From a virus, in IMG/VR virus record IMGVR_UViG_3300041407_000075, positions 26,163 to 90,162 of that record: DNA of 64,000 nucleotides; one strand, given 5' to 3'. The notes beneath the pieces were generated by a model. That model worked only from the letters and a program-made list of their open reading frames with translations, ran no database searches and was not told the DNA's origin. Positions within the stretch are counted from its first letter, which is position 1. Every line of letters begins with the position of its first letter. The translations under genes were made by a program, and so were the position numbers. Shown piece by piece: positions 39,283 through 50,023 of the stretch.

Positions 39283-39626
39283 GCATTCTCCCCTCTAAAA
39301 ACTCTTCCAATATCTCACTAACATTCACAAACCGATAGTTTACATACTGACTAGCAGCAAATTCATCTGGAAAGCACACCACACAAGATTTGTGCTCATC
39401 TGACAAGAACCGGATGAAGTCTTTGATCACTTCTCTGTCATGGGAGTATTCTTTGGTCATTTCAGTTCCTTCCACATCAAATAAGAGGAGAAAGGTATAC
39501 TCACAATCCACAAAAGAGAGAATGATATGCTCCTTACAAAGTCAACCTTAACTTTACATCTGTATGAATCTAATACTTCGTGGTAAAACATCACCAAACT
39601 AATGGCTAAATAAACTATAAGAATTG

Positions 39627-39932
39627 TCATGATTTAAATTCTCCGGTAGCAACAAGTATTTTAGCAACTGCTTCAGCATCTAACCAAATCTCTGTGTCTT
39701 CAGGAAGAGTTTCAATCTGAATGTTTGCACCAAGTAGCTTGTTCCAAGGATAATACATACACATGTGCACCCAATAATCGTTATTACTAGACCAAGGTGT
39801 ATTGGTAGTTTTCTTATTGAAGAATCCACCAGTTGTCTCTTGTACTGAAGAGTAAGTCATTTTCAAACGGTGATAATTGACCACTAAAGGCAGACGTTGC
39901 TTAAGCCAACCTATTGTAAGTTTAGTTTTCAT
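39627..39932 (-). CDS. hypothetical protein
   Basis: AGGAG RBS. Confidence 0.65.
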   Translation of the reverse strand: MKTKLTIGWLKQRLPLVVNYHRLKMTYSSVQETTGGFFNKKTTNTPWSSNNDYWVHMCMYYPWNKLLGANIQIETLPEDTEIWLDAEAVAKILVATGEFKS

Positions 39933-39941
39933 TCGTTTCTC

Positions 39942-40253
39942 CTATTGAGTAATATACTTACCACAGCGGATAGAGTACAAATCATCCCTACTAATTTTCC
40001 GTGGTGTCAACCCTGCAACCTTTTCACGCAACACTTGAAAACCACAACCCCACCCCTCTTCTGACATGCCACAGTCTAGACATACACGCATTGGTGCAAG
40101 AGCATTGAAGAATTCACTTGGTTGGTAGTCACATTCAGCTATGTTTGTGTGACTACATTTATTTTGTACATAATTAATAACAGCAGACAACTCACTTTGA
40201 GCTACTTTCAGGTTTTCAATGGAACTATTGATGTCTTCATTTGTCAGTTTCAA
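39942..40253 (-). CDS. hypothetical Zn-binding protein
   Basis: CSH ... RVCLDCG. Confidence 0.65.
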   Translation of the reverse strand: MKLTNEDINSSIENLKVAQSELSAVINYVQNKCSHTNIAECDYQPSEFFNALAPMRVCLDCGMSEEGWGCGFQVLREKVAGLTPRKISRDDLYSIRCGKYITQ

Positions 40254-40255
40254 TT

Positions 40256-40732
40256 TTATTTCTCCTCAAAATATTTGTTATATTTAACAACTGTTGAAAT
40301 ATATTTATTTAAATTACATGTCTTTGTATGTTTGGCTGCATAGCCCGTGTATGAATACCAGCATTCCTTTAAGAATTGGTTATCCTTGCCTCTCCCCATC
40401 CTGTTTGAGAACTTAGAAGCTGTAGCCTCCTCTGCTAACAAAGTATACAACTCCGTAGTACCCCACTTATAATCTTGTCCAAGTGCTATACAATGTTTGT
40501 TCTGATATTGCAGTGTTCGTTTTGCTACAAAATGTCCAACCTCATGAAACAAGATTGCCCAGAAGTGTTTGGATAAAATAGAGATCTCAATCCACTCATA
40601 TCTGAACTCATTCCCTGTAATTCTCCAGCAGATAGCTCCGTGCTCTCCTGTCCATTTTATCTTGTAATCGAGTCCGTATTTTTTGCATACATACCTGAGA
40701 GCTAGAATTCTTTTAATCATGATAACCTCCAT
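40256..40732 (-). CDS. HExxH metallopeptidase-like protein
   Basis: LFHEVGH and downstream EEATA. Confidence 0.6.
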   Translation of the reverse strand: MEVIMIKRILALRYVCKKYGLDYKIKWTGEHGAICWRITGNEFRYEWIEISILSKHFWAILFHEVGHFVAKRTLQYQNKHCIALGQDYKWGTTELYTLLAEEATASKFSNRMGRGKDNQFLKECWYSYTGYAAKHTKTCNLNKYISTVVKYNKYFEEK

Positions 40733-40841
40733 AAATGTTTGTAGGGAGTTTTATACCCTGAAAGAGAGTCTAGCAACCTCAGACATACTACGCAAGCTCT
40801 TTTCAGTTAATTCGTCTCCAGATGCATAAAACTACGCCAAC

Positions 40842-41201
40842 TTAGCCCCTTTCCATCGCAAATTCGATGCACAAACCAACCATACCAAGAGCAGTCCACT
40901 TGGAATTGGCCTTTACAAGTTGATTTAGGTTAGAAAAGCCTGTACTTGAGATGAAATCATTGATATCAATACCAAGTTTCTTGCAAGCACGTCGTACATA
41001 TTTGGTATCTGAAGCTGGCTTCCACCACATTGGCAGGCGGATACTAAAGTCTGAAGCCTTCTCACGCCAGAATTGCTCATCTGCATAGGAGACATTTAGG
41101 TGCTCCTTTGCGTATTCTTGGTCAGCAATCCTTTTAAGGCGTACTTCCTCTCGTTGACTGTCCGACATCGGTTTGAAGTCTGGATTTCCTTTCTTAATCA
41201 T
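40842..41201 (-). CDS. hypothetical protein
   Basis: ATGA overlap. Confidence 0.65.
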   Translation of the reverse strand: MIKKGNPDFKPMSDSQREEVRLKRIADQEYAKEHLNVSYADEQFWREKASDFSIRLPMWWKPASDTKYVRRACKKLGIDINDFISSTGFSNLNQLVKANSKWTALGMVGLCIEFAMERG

Positions 41202-41395
41202 TTTAATTTTCCCTCTAAGTGAGCAAGCTTCTCTTCAAGTACGATAGTGTAACAGAAAAACTCTTCCAATGCCGCATTCAATCTGAAAGATTCCGAATCC
41301 TTATTCTTCTTGTAATCTAAGAATGCCGGAAACCAAGGTTCTTTTCCAAAGTGGTATTCATACTCCCACTTGATTCTCTGTTTTACTAAGTTCAC
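41198..41395 (-). CDS. hypothetical protein
   Basis: Coupled ORF. Confidence 0.55.
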   Translation of the reverse strand: MNLVKQRIKWEYEYHFGKEPWFPAFLDYKKNKDSESFRLNAALEEFFCYTIVLEEKLAHLEGKLK

Positions 41396-41802
41396 TCAAA
41401 TTCCTCAATGATCATCTTCTTACGTTGTACGAATTGATTAAAAATGATTTCTTCCAATTCTGCATTGCCCCAATCAAATTCATCAGGAACATTCAACACA
41501 GAGATAGTTTTGTCGAGACAAGAAATCAAAGTTTTCTCTTCTGCATCCAAATCAAGCACATTATCCGAGTTTACAAACACAATCTCTTCCGCCCAATGAA
41601 TCAAAGCTTCTGTGATTGGAATCAGGGCGAAGTCTTTACAGCTACCACATGCCCGTGTGTTTAGACCGAGACGTTTGTGGATAGTGTTAGCCGCTGTTGG
41701 GCTTCTCAATAATCCAGCACTACACACGAACAAGACTTTCTTTGCCGTCCCTTGGAACTGATTATGTACGTTAGCCAACTGATTACGATTACCCCTGATC
41801 AT
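41392..41802 (-). CDS. low-molecular-weight protein tyrosine phosphatase-like
   Basis: KVLFVCSAGLLRSPTA (CX5RS), LIHWAEEI, LNVPD. Confidence 0.85.
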   Translation of the reverse strand: MIRGNRNQLANVHNQFQGTAKKVLFVCSAGLLRSPTAANTIHKRLGLNTRACGSCKDFALIPITEALIHWAEEIVFVNSDNVLDLDAEEKTLISCLDKTISVLNVPDEFDWGNAELEEIIFNQFVQRKKMIIEEFE

Positions 41803-41983
41803 TTTCTTTCCCCTTCAACATTTTAATATAATCTAGAACAGCTTGTGTCTCGTCCATAGCGTATTGAATTAATAGATTCTGTTCAATACCAATTGCTTTA
41901 GAAATACGGTTGCATCTGTTATGGCAGCGCTTCAAGTCTGAATGAAGTAGTTCCAGTTGATGTGTCAATTTCTCTTTATTCAA
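41789..41983 (-). CDS. hypothetical protein
   Basis: Coupled ORF. Confidence 0.5.
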   Translation of the reverse strand: MNKEKLTHQLELLHSDLKRCHNRCNRISKAIGIEQNLLIQYAMDETQAVLDYIKMLKGKENDQG

Positions 41984-42503
41984 TTCCCAACTCCTTCTTA
42001 GCTTTCTCTACAATATCCTTAGCCTGTGCATACAGCGTAGGATCACCTTCAGTCAGCACTTCTAGCAACAACTCCTTCTCTTTAATGTAAACCTTTGCAA
42101 AATTTTTATCGTGCTCAAGAATTGATTTACTGTTTGAGATAAGGTCTGCAAGTTTAATTGTTTTACACTCAGGGGACTGCATAGCTGTGTGGTAGCGGTC
42201 AATCTCCTTACGCTTTGCACGATTACCATCTTCAGGTTTAGATACATCTGTCAACCCTGAGACTAAATCCCCAATGTAATGACCAAACATGCGATCAATT
42301 GTCCACATATCTACTTGTGTATCTTCCACGCAGTCGTGCAGGTATGCCGCTGCAATCATGCCGGGGGTTCCGCCAACACTCTTCACAATAGCAGCCACCT
42401 CGGCTGGGTGAAAGAAATAAGGCTCATTAGTATATTTCCTACGTTGTCCTACAGCTTGATGTGCCCCTACAGAAAAATAATAAGCTAGTTGTTCGATGTC
42501 CAT
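41976..42503 (-). CDS. HD-domain (p)ppGpp hydrolase (small alarmone hydrolase, Mesh1/SpoT-like)
   Basis: AH....Q.RK...EPY..HP..VA, AAYLHDCVED, IKLADLISN. Confidence 0.88.
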   Translation of the reverse strand: MDIEQLAYYFSVGAHQAVGQRRKYTNEPYFFHPAEVAAIVKSVGGTPGMIAAAYLHDCVEDTQVDMWTIDRMFGHYIGDLVSGLTDVSKPEDGNRAKRKEIDRYHTAMQSPECKTIKLADLISNSKSILEHDKNFAKVYIKEKELLLEVLTEGDPTLYAQAKDIVEKAKKELGIE

Positions 42504-42580
42504 AAAACCTCCTATTTAATTTGTAAATCATTATGGCAAAAGAAAAGCCCCAGTACAAGAGTACCAGAGCTTATAAATTT

Positions 42581-42772
42581 CTATTGATCAAAGATTGTTG
42601 ATGCATTTTCTTCATGGTATGGTTTAATCATTTCATCAACCTCACGACTACTCCAACCACGACCAATGATGATTTCGTGATACTTACCTTTCTCAGAATG
42701 AAACTTTGGATTGAACTCGCACGCGTACATCCATGAAGAATCGGAGAACATATAGATAATTGCTCTGTCCAT
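42581..42772 (-). CDS. hypothetical protein
   Basis: In-operon ORF. Confidence 0.5.
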   Translation of the reverse strand: MDRAIIYMFSDSSWMYACEFNPKFHSEKGKYHEIIIGRGWSSREVDEMIKPYHEENASTIFDQ

Positions 42773-42775
42773 AAG

Positions 42776-43204
42776 TCACCCCAAATACTTGTTCGAAAGA
42801 AATAGTTTAGAATAACTCTTCAGTGTAAATTCCACACGATGGTCTTGAACCAGAATAGTCTTCGTAGACTTACACAGTTGCAGCTTCAACCGGACAAGGA
42901 TACGTGCTGCCTTAGCTTTAGCAATTTGATAATCATTAAATGACCACAAGCTGAGCTTTTCTGGTGGTTTACCAAATACACACTTCACACTGTTTCCGTT
43001 ATAAAGCTTTAGGGCGCTAACAAAACCAATAATGTTACGACCTTTATTTGAATGATGGGATGAGTGAAAGAATGGGTTGGACCATAATGTTCCTTCAACA
43101 AATTCATAGTTAAGACACTTCATAAACTCACGAAGGGTGAATAGTTGTAAAGATTTAGTGTCTACGATTTCGTCTGCTAACCATTGAGACTGATTACTGT
43201 GCAT
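42776..43204 (-). CDS. hypothetical protein (start probably MHSNQ at 43204)
   Basis: AGGAG RBS before the ATG at 43204. Confidence 0.6.
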   Translation of the reverse strand: MHSNQSQWLADEIVDTKSLQLFTLREFMKCLNYEFVEGTLWSNPFFHSSHHSNKGRNIIGFVSALKLYNGNSVKCVFGKPPEKLSLWSFNDYQIAKAKAARILVRLKLQLCKSTKTILVQDHRVEFTLKSYSKLFLSNKYLG

Positions 43205-43700
43205 TTTCTTCTCCTTTATATTGTACAACTTCAACACCAAAGTCTTCCAGCATCTCAATACCCTTGGTATCCCTATATTCCTCTAAGTATACAACCTTTT
43301 TAATCCCACTGGAAGCAATAATTGAACTACAAGTCGCACAGGGTGACAACGTTACAAAAATTGTAGCCCCTTCTGCACTAACACCTTCCTTTAGCATCTT
43401 ACATAGCGAGTTAATTTCCGAGTGGACAACTCCTTCCAAAGTTTTAAGTTTGTAATACCCAAGCCCATCTTGGTAAGGATAAGTTTCATGGAATGTTTCA
43501 ACATCCAACCAAGCCCCTGCACCTTCGCTGTAAATCTTCTCTTCACAAGTGTTGCTCATTCCGGGAAGCGTACCGTTGTATCCTACATAAAGACCACGAC
43601 TTTTAGTTAGAATGCATGAACCCACTTTCTTTCGGATTGCGTGACTATCTTGTGCAGCTCGTTTAGCAATGTCCATGTAAAGGGAGTATTCTTTAGTCAT
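43194..43700 (-). CDS. dCMP deaminase
   Basis: KVGSCI, GYNG, HSEIN, TLSPCATC. Confidence 0.9.
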   Translation of the reverse strand: MTKEYSLYMDIAKRAAQDSHAIRKKVGSCILTKSRGLYVGYNGTLPGMSNTCEEKIYSEGAGAWLDVETFHETYPYQDGLGYYKLKTLEGVVHSEINSLCKMLKEGVSAEGATIFVTLSPCATCSSIIASSGIKKVVYLEEYRDTKGIEMLEDFGVEVVQYKGEENAQ

Positions 43701-44011
43701 TTCTTCCTAGTCTCTGTGCCAGTTACCGAATATCCACCACCTTCAAGTTTGCTGACTGTCTTTTGTAACTTACTCGCGATGACGGAATATTTACCCTTGA
43801 TTCCAGTCAAATCATCCACATAATCTTGTGCCACTTGACGGCTTGAGGTATGAATGAATGCAAAATCTCCCATTGCATTCTTATAGAAAAAGGTGCTTGG
43901 TGGTAAAAAGTCGATATCGCTGAATTCTTTAAAGCTTACCATTGTTATTTTGAGTTCTTTCTTCTTCTCACTCGTAGTCATAATCATATCCATCTTCAGG
44001 GTAAGGGCCAT
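43697..44011 (-). CDS. hypothetical protein
   Basis: ATGA overlap. Confidence 0.6.
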   Translation of the reverse strand: MALTLKMDMIMTTSEKKKELKITMVSFKEFSDIDFLPPSTFFYKNAMGDFAFIHTSSRQVAQDYVDDLTGIKGKYSVIASKLQKTVSKLEGGGYSVTGTETRKK

Positions 44012-44425
44012 CCCATTCTTCCGTTTCTAAGTCTTCAGATTCTAATTCTTCATAAAACCTTTCAAGTTCTGTATCCAAGAAAGAATCATAAGCTGAATAT
44101 GCACTACTCATAATCCAATACCTCAGCTACAGCACTTACTAAGTCCTCCCCAAGTGCGTGGCTAGCTCCTTCTAAATCATGTTGCAACCAGCTTGAAATA
44201 GTAGACTCTTCGAGTTCATCATTAGCGTATTCTACAAACTGATTCATACTACTCGGTGCTCCTCAATAAAGTAACTAATTCCAGCAAGACTACCTGAGTC
44301 AAACAACTCTAGCTCAAGAGATGTCTGCAAAGCCATTGCCTTAGCTTGTGTGTCAAACAATCCCATATTCTCACGGTGTCCGAAGTCAACTTTAACTAGC
44401 ATGTATAATGCCATTACATTTCTCC

Positions 44426-45142
44426 TTAATTTAAAGTAAACAACTTTTCAATACCTTTCTTTGAACCTGTATCTTTTGTCAAAGAATTATTAACTTCTTT
44501 TGACCAGACACAAACAAAGTCATCTGGCATCCAATACTCAGAAATAAATACTTTATGACCTTCTTTATGTCGATCACGACACCAAGTATAAAACTTATCA
44601 TGATCAAAGTCATCTTTATACTTGGTAGTTCCGACATACGGTGGATCGCAGTAAATTGTACAAGGCTTTGTGAAGCTAAAATAAGCAAGATCTAGATCAA
44701 ATACAGATGTATTTACAAAGTGTACGCCTTCTAGGTTTTTAATTTGTTTTATCATACCTCTATAGGATTCCATTGCATAATCTCGCTTACCAATGGAATC
44801 TCGTCGGTATCCACCAAACCACTTACCACCAAAAGACATTGAAAATCCAATATATCCTGTGAGAGCTTTATTGAAGTCTTTGTTATCTTTAACAAAGTTA
44901 TAGTCTGCCTCCGTTACCTTCTCAGGTGGAGTCCAGCCTTTACGTATAGCTTGCCACATTGCTATGAGATATTCATGTACATCGCAACCTGTGCGCTTCG
45001 GTGCAATAATTGGATCAACTTTATCAATCATATTAGCCCCACCAACAAAAGGTTCAACATACCACATATCTGGCGTGTGATCTTTCAAGATAATTGGTAG
45101 TAGTTCTTTTGCGTGACGTGCTTTAGATCCCATGTATTTCAT
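44426..45142 (-). CDS. DNA adenine methyltransferase (D12/Dam-like class)
   Basis: MKYMGSK, YVEPFVGG, YCDPPY, FISEY. Confidence 0.9.
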   Translation of the reverse strand: MKYMGSKARHAKELLPIILKDHTPDMWYVEPFVGGANMIDKVDPIIAPKRTGCDVHEYLIAMWQAIRKGWTPPEKVTEADYNFVKDNKDFNKALTGYIGFSMSFGGKWFGGYRRDSIGKRDYAMESYRGMIKQIKNLEGVHFVNTSVFDLDLAYFSFTKPCTIYCDPPYVGTTKYKDDFDHDKFYTWCRDRHKEGHKVFISEYWMPDDFVCVWSKEVNNSLTKDTGSKKGIEKLFTLN

Positions 45143-45571
45143 ATTAATACTCTACCTTAAATTCATAATTTAAAGATTGTAGAAATCGTTTCTCAGGTCC
45201 ATCCATCCATCCCCAGTAAATCGATTGCTCACCAATAACCCATTGTTTATCTAGGTATCTGTTGATGTAAGCTTCTAAATCTTGTACAAGCTCTGATTTA
45301 CGCTCATAACTCAGAGCTTTTGTAGCTACTTCTTCTTTCAGAATCATACTATTCCCCTTGTGCGTATTCCAAATCGTACTCTAAGTGCCATTGAGGGTCC
45401 ACATCGAAACAGTGTTCAACGATTGCCAGATAATCTTCATATCGTTCATCGTAATCTAGCTCCTTCATTCTTCCTCCTCAGAATTCTCTGCCTTTTCCTG
45501 TGCAGCAAGGTCAGCTTGTTGTTCTGCGAGTAGTTCTTCGATTTCCTGTGCGCTAATCATAGTGTTTCTCC

Positions 45572-45781
45572 TTAACGTTTAACAGTAAATTTAGCAGTAT
45601 CTTTGCAAGTAAACATCCAGTTGTCAATGTCTACTTTAGAATATTCGATACCTCCATTCTTGGAACATACTTCATTTAGTATTTTAACTGTTTCGTTTGC
45701 ATCGAAACGAAATGTTGTGCAGTTCACACTGACAAATGCAACAAAGATCATGCAAACAAACCACGCTGTAATTTCACCCAT
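45572..45781 (-). CDS. small membrane-anchored protein
   Basis: N-terminal hydrophobic segment; AGGAG RBS. Confidence 0.55.
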   Translation of the reverse strand: MGEITAWFVCMIFVAFVSVNCTTFRFDANETVKILNEVCSKNGGIEYSKVDIDNWMFTCKDTAKFTVKR

Positions 45782-45847
45782 TTAATTCTCCTTTGTTTGG
45801 TTTTGGTGTACCCATTGTAAGCAGTACACCACATCTGTGCAAGCTCT

Positions 45848-46624
45848 TTATTCAGTTCTCTCGATTACTTTTGCAGCTTTAGTGCGATTTGCTTTCTTTT
45901 CAGCAGCATCTCGAGCAGCGAGAGCCTTCTTTACACCCAATTCTACAGCATCTGCAATGATTTCAGCAAGACTTGGCATTTCATCAAAGTCTTCGTCATC
46001 TTCCAGCTCAGAAAGAGCTTCAAGTTGGGCATTTTTAGGGCAATCTGCTTGGCCACAATTACAAGGTTGTGCTGCTCGATATTCTTTGAAACTTTGCAGA
46101 CGTTCCATAAGTTCATCACCATCAAACAGCAGGTCTACGCCTTTTAGAGCCTCAAGAATTTCTTGCTCGTTCAAAAACCCACTGTACGTGTTCCGCAAAG
46201 AGCGTTCATTCAGTTTCTTATTGAAAGCAGCAGTATTGTAAACTTGAGCCTCGTGCCCGTATGTACCATAAGAAAATCCGTGTACAAGGAAAGTAGACAT
46301 TTCATCAACTTCCCAGTCATCAGCCGCCAAGCAGATAGCTGTACCTTCGCTCGCCGTCCCCATACCAATTACAGCTACAATAGTTGCACCACAACGATTC
46401 ATATGCTGGATGTATTGATGGCCTACTGATACAGATCCACCCGGTGACTGAATCCATAAGCGGATTAGGTCTTCTGGACCAGCTTGGTGGTATACAGCAA
46501 AGTGTTCCAAGTATTCATCAGCATCGTGTGAGATTTCACCGTGAAGGTATAGGTTATATTCATTACTTACGAATGTTTTACTAATAAGCTGGCTTGGTTT
46601 GTTAACCATTGAAATATCGGACAT
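45848..46624 (-). CDS. ClpP-like serine protease
   Basis: IQSPGGSV, TASEG (catalytic Ser), FLVH. Confidence 0.8.
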   Translation of the reverse strand: MSDISMVNKPSQLISKTFVSNEYNLYLHGEISHDADEYLEHFAVYHQAGPEDLIRLWIQSPGGSVSVGHQYIQHMNRCGATIVAVIGMGTASEGTAICLAADDWEVDEMSTFLVHGFSYGTYGHEAQVYNTAAFNKKLNERSLRNTYSGFLNEQEILEALKGVDLLFDGDELMERLQSFKEYRAAQPCNCGQADCPKNAQLEALSELEDDEDFDEMPSLAEIIADAVELGVKKALAARDAAEKKANRTKAAKVIERTE

Positions 46625-46627
46625 TAT

Positions 46628-47263
46628 TTACTCCTTATTAAAACCATAGTATTTAAGTTCAGCTTCAGAACGTATAAAACATGCTAGTTCAAAATCATCA
46701 TACCTGCCTAATCGAATAGTTTTACCATTTTGATTAATTCGAACTTCCCACTTACCTTTCTCCTTATTCCAGTTTACGCCCGTACGACCAGAAGTGTTTG
46801 TCTTCTTCATCTTTTGATCATAAGCCTGTAAACTCAGGTCAGCCCATTCACAAGTTTCTTTGGAGTAAATTTTAGCTCCATTTATGCGATTGATTGTTTT
46901 ACCTTCTGGCCGCGCACCCATATCTCCAAAGAAGTTTTCAAAAGATCCACCCTTTGTAGTATCCCATCTGTCGCAAATCTCAACATCTCCGTGCCACTCT
47001 GCGTATTCTTCACTTCTTGTCCTTGAACACAACTTTGCCCAAGAAGTGTAGGTTGAAGTTTTATACATTCCGTGACTAATTGGTTTTCTAGGTTGACACC
47101 CACAATGTGTAGTTCTGTTGTGAAGAAGTCTTGGTGAAAGCAATTCTAAATGATTACCGCAATCACACACGCAGTTCCAACTAATGCTTTTACTCTTATG
47201 TTTGGCATCCGACTGACCTACCACCAATAGCAGGCCAAATCTCTGATTAGTTAAATCTCTCAA
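46628..47263 (-). mobile_element. HNH-AP2 homing endonuclease
   Basis: DLTNQRFG, CVCDCG, TINRING...YSKETCEW, NTSGRTGV, LGRY. Confidence 0.88.
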
Positions 47264-47275
47264 ATTATCTCCTAT

Positions 47276-48055
47276 TTATTTTCTTTTATCAAATTTCTCG
47301 AAAGCCATACCCCACATTTTAGCCTCTTCTGAACGAACACAGTAGTCCCAAGAATCGAAGTTGATAAGTGTGATTGGAAGACTCGAATATTCTGCAACAT
47401 CTAGCAAATACTGAAGTCCAGAATTCTTTTTCAAGTCTTGTTGTGCAATATCCCCCGTAACGATGCACTTACTATTAATGCCTTGGCGACCAACCAGACT
47501 TTTAGCTACTTCTGGTTCCAAATCCTCACTTTCGTCAACGAGAATACAACTGTAATCCCATGACCGCCCTTTCACATGCTCCAAGGCGAGCATTTCAATC
47601 TTACCGTTAGCAAGAAAAGCTTCGTAGTTACCTTGACCAAGACGCATTTTAAGAGTGTCTGTGATTGGAGCACACCAAGGCTCCAGTTTCTCTTCTTTTC
47701 CACCTTTTAGAAAACCGATTGACTTACCTTTACCCTCAGCAGGGCGCGCAATGATGATACGCTCAATCTGTTTATCCAACAGCATATCTGCTGCAATAAT
47801 AGAGGGGATATACGTTTTTGAGCTGCCCCAAACTCCAATACACATCACAAAGTTATTATTTTTAATAGCATCAATGTATTCTTGCTGACGGTCATTCATA
47901 GCAACAAGAGGATCACGCTTAGAAGCGAACTGTGTAAATTTCTCCTTGATTTCTGGCTTTACACCACCGTTTCTTGTAGATTTTGTGCGCTTCCGAGGCA
48001 CTGCCACTTCTACGCCTTCGATCTCAACCAAAAAGTTTCTCTTTGCTGCGCCCAT
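47276..48055 (-). CDS. phoH: PhoH-family ATPase
   Basis: Q..Y, GVWGSSKT P-loop, RP, GFL.G...EK..PW, KGRSW, DESE, GD..Q.D. Confidence 0.9.
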   Translation of the reverse strand: MGAAKRNFLVEIEGVEVAVPRKRTKSTRNGGVKPEIKEKFTQFASKRDPLVAMNDRQQEYIDAIKNNNFVMCIGVWGSSKTYIPSIIAADMLLDKQIERIIIARPAEGKGKSIGFLKGGKEEKLEPWCAPITDTLKMRLGQGNYEAFLANGKIEMLALEHVKGRSWDYSCILVDESEDLEPEVAKSLVGRQGINSKCIVTGDIAQQDLKKNSGLQYLLDVAEYSSLPITLINFDSWDYCVRSEEAKMWGMAFEKFDKRK

Positions 48056-48156
48056 ACTAGTATTTCCTTCAATTAATTAAATTTCCACACCTTTTCTTTG
48101 CTTCACCACTTTCCCAACATCTCTAGCTTCCCACACTTCAATCACGTTTGCAAGCT

Positions 48157-48366
48157 TTATTTCACAATATACACAGGATTGGCAGATCCTGCCACAATCT
48201 CTTTCCAGCTACTCCGCTCCACCACCTTCTCAGTAATCTCCAGCACTTTATAAACCAACTCTTCAGCCGTAATACTACTCTTATCCTCAAGATCGTCAAA
48301 TAGCTTATTAGCCCATTTCATATAAGCTGTGTATATAGCTTTCTTGTCTTCATCTGTGATTGTCAT
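48157..48366 (-). CDS. hypothetical protein
   Basis: In-operon ORF. Confidence 0.55.
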   Translation of the reverse strand: MTITDEDKKAIYTAYMKWANKLFDDLEDKSSITAEELVYKVLEITEKVVERSSWKEIVAGSANPVYIVK

Positions 48367-48550
48367 TGTATATCCTTCATATCTTTTATTCTTTCCCTAA
48401 GATGTGCATCATTCTCAACCCAAGCCGTCAGAGACTTACTATAACCAATATCTGTCCATACACAATAGTCATTTGGTTTATCTTCTTCACAATACCCATA
48501 AATTTCCCTGTGTACTTGTGGAAGACTCATTAAGTAATCTAAATGAGAAA

Positions 48551-48811
48551 TCATTTCTTCACCACACACTTGAAAGGACTTTCTACAGTTGGTTTCATAG
48601 GCTTAATATGATTTTCATACCCAAGCTCATTGAAGGGAATCTCTACTACTGTCCAATCCTCACACGTAGCCAGTACAGTGAACGGCTTACCTTTAATATC
48701 TTTATACCACAACCGTTCACGAGTTGCATAGATAGTCTCATCCATCACATAACCTATAACTTCAATTTTACCAAAACATACTTTAACATCTTCTGCTGTA
48801 TATTTGTTCAC
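48551..48811 (-). CDS. hypothetical protein
   Basis: Coupled ORF. Confidence 0.55.
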   Translation of the reverse strand: MNKYTAEDVKVCFGKIEVIGYVMDETIYATRERLWYKDIKGKPFTVLATCEDWTVVEIPFNELGYENHIKPMKPTVESPFKCVVKK

Positions 48812-49137
48812 AATTTACCCTCTTTGACAATTTTCAAAGCATTCTCAGCAGCCTTCAGGGCTTCCTTAGCTTTAGCTACAGATTCTTCTGCTGCGATTTC
48901 TTCTTTACAGGGCTGTTTATGTTTAACCAAGATAACTTCCTGAAGTGTTGTTTTCCATATCACTTCTGGCTCAGAGAATCCCCACCAGGAAGGGTCACCA
49001 CGCATCCCGTGCTCCTCAGCAATAATAGCATACAACTCTTCTTTTCCTGTGAGGTTTAACTTTACCATGCCAAGACTGTCTCGGTCTTTAGTAAGTCGCT
49101 CACGAGTTTCAATTTGCTGTGTTAGTCCAGTTCTCAT
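48808..49137 (-). CDS. hypothetical protein
   Basis: Coupled ORF. Confidence 0.6.
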   Translation of the reverse strand: MRTGLTQQIETRERLTKDRDSLGMVKLNLTGKEELYAIIAEEHGMRGDPSWWGFSEPEVIWKTTLQEVILVKHKQPCKEEIAAEESVAKAKEALKAAENALKIVKEGKL

Positions 49138-49388
49138 ACCTTCCCCTCCAATTCAAGCAATTCATTAGTCATCAACCCAGCCGATGTAATCACATTAAAG
49201 AATTTCTGATACATATTCTCATAATATGCACGTTCGTCAAGTGTTTTGTGCAGCAGATAGTAGATAGCGTCAGTATAAGGCATTTGATTAAGGTTAGGAT
49301 TCATCAACAGATGTTGAATAGTTCCGTTCATGCCATTGACGTCCAACTGCTTTAATTTCTCAATCTCTTGTGGCTTCATCTTTACCAT
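49134..49388 (-). CDS. hypothetical protein
   Basis: Coupled ORF. Confidence 0.55.
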   Translation of the reverse strand: MVKMKPQEIEKLKQLDVNGMNGTIQHLLMNPNLNQMPYTDAIYYLLHKTLDERAYYENMYQKFFNVITSAGLMTNELLELEGKV

Positions 49389-49650
49389 CCTTCACTTTAA
49401 ATAAATGTCGCATGTCTTCGTGACTAATGCAATCGTTTGTATCGAAAATTATTGTCTGCTGGGTGCTACCCGTCAGCACCCACTTCCGATCTTGCTGTGG
49501 AAGATCCTGATCGTAGCAATTCTTACTGATATAGTTATAAGAATCCATCTTGAAATGAAAGACCCCCCGACTTGTGCTGACTGTAAATACTTCGAACTCA
49601 TTCGTGTTAAATGGGGCGTGTTCATTCCGACCTTCTAAAGTGATCTTCAC
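49360..49650 (-). CDS. hypothetical protein
   Basis: Shares FDTNDCIS with 50023-50241. Confidence 0.6.
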   Translation of the reverse strand: MKITLEGRNEHAPFNTNEFEVFTVSTSRGVFHFKMDSYNYISKNCYDQDLPQQDRKWVLTGSTQQTIIFDTNDCISHEDMRHLFKVKDGKDEATRD

Positions 49651-49828
49651 AATTTATCCTCTTCTAATTTCTTCAGACACATATCAACAAGTTCTTTATG
49701 ATTCTTACAACCATACAATCTGTACAATAGTTTGCCGCTATCTCTACTCCAACCGCCTGACCATGGATTTCCCTCAGTGCCCACTACATCACAAAAAGAA
49801 CACCTTATGCAAAATACCTGTTCATCAT

Positions 49829-50023
49829 TCATACCATCTTCCTGTATTCAATACAAGGGTAAGTTTTATTGTATATCCCTGAATTATCACAATTCGTACA
49901 CATATGAGGGTATTTTGGAGGGTGGCTCGGGAAAACTCGATCTGTAGGCTTCATAACACCATCTTTACACACATCACACGACATAGATACTACAACACAT
50001 TGTACTTCTGTAATCTTTTCCAT
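49829..50023 (-). CDS. zinc-ribbon protein
   Basis: CDVC...GVM...PPKYPH.CTNC...YP. Confidence 0.7.
   Translation of the reverse strand: MEKITEVQCVVVSMSCDVCKDGVMKPTDRVFPSHPPKYPHMCTNCDNSGIYNKTYPCIEYRKMV

Noticed and set aside
44426-45142. Methyltransferase as the direct explanation for the CCWGG island
   Set aside because: It is a DPPY amino-MTase of the Dam-like class, not a C5 Dcm-type enzyme; its target cannot be read from the sequence, so no link is claimed
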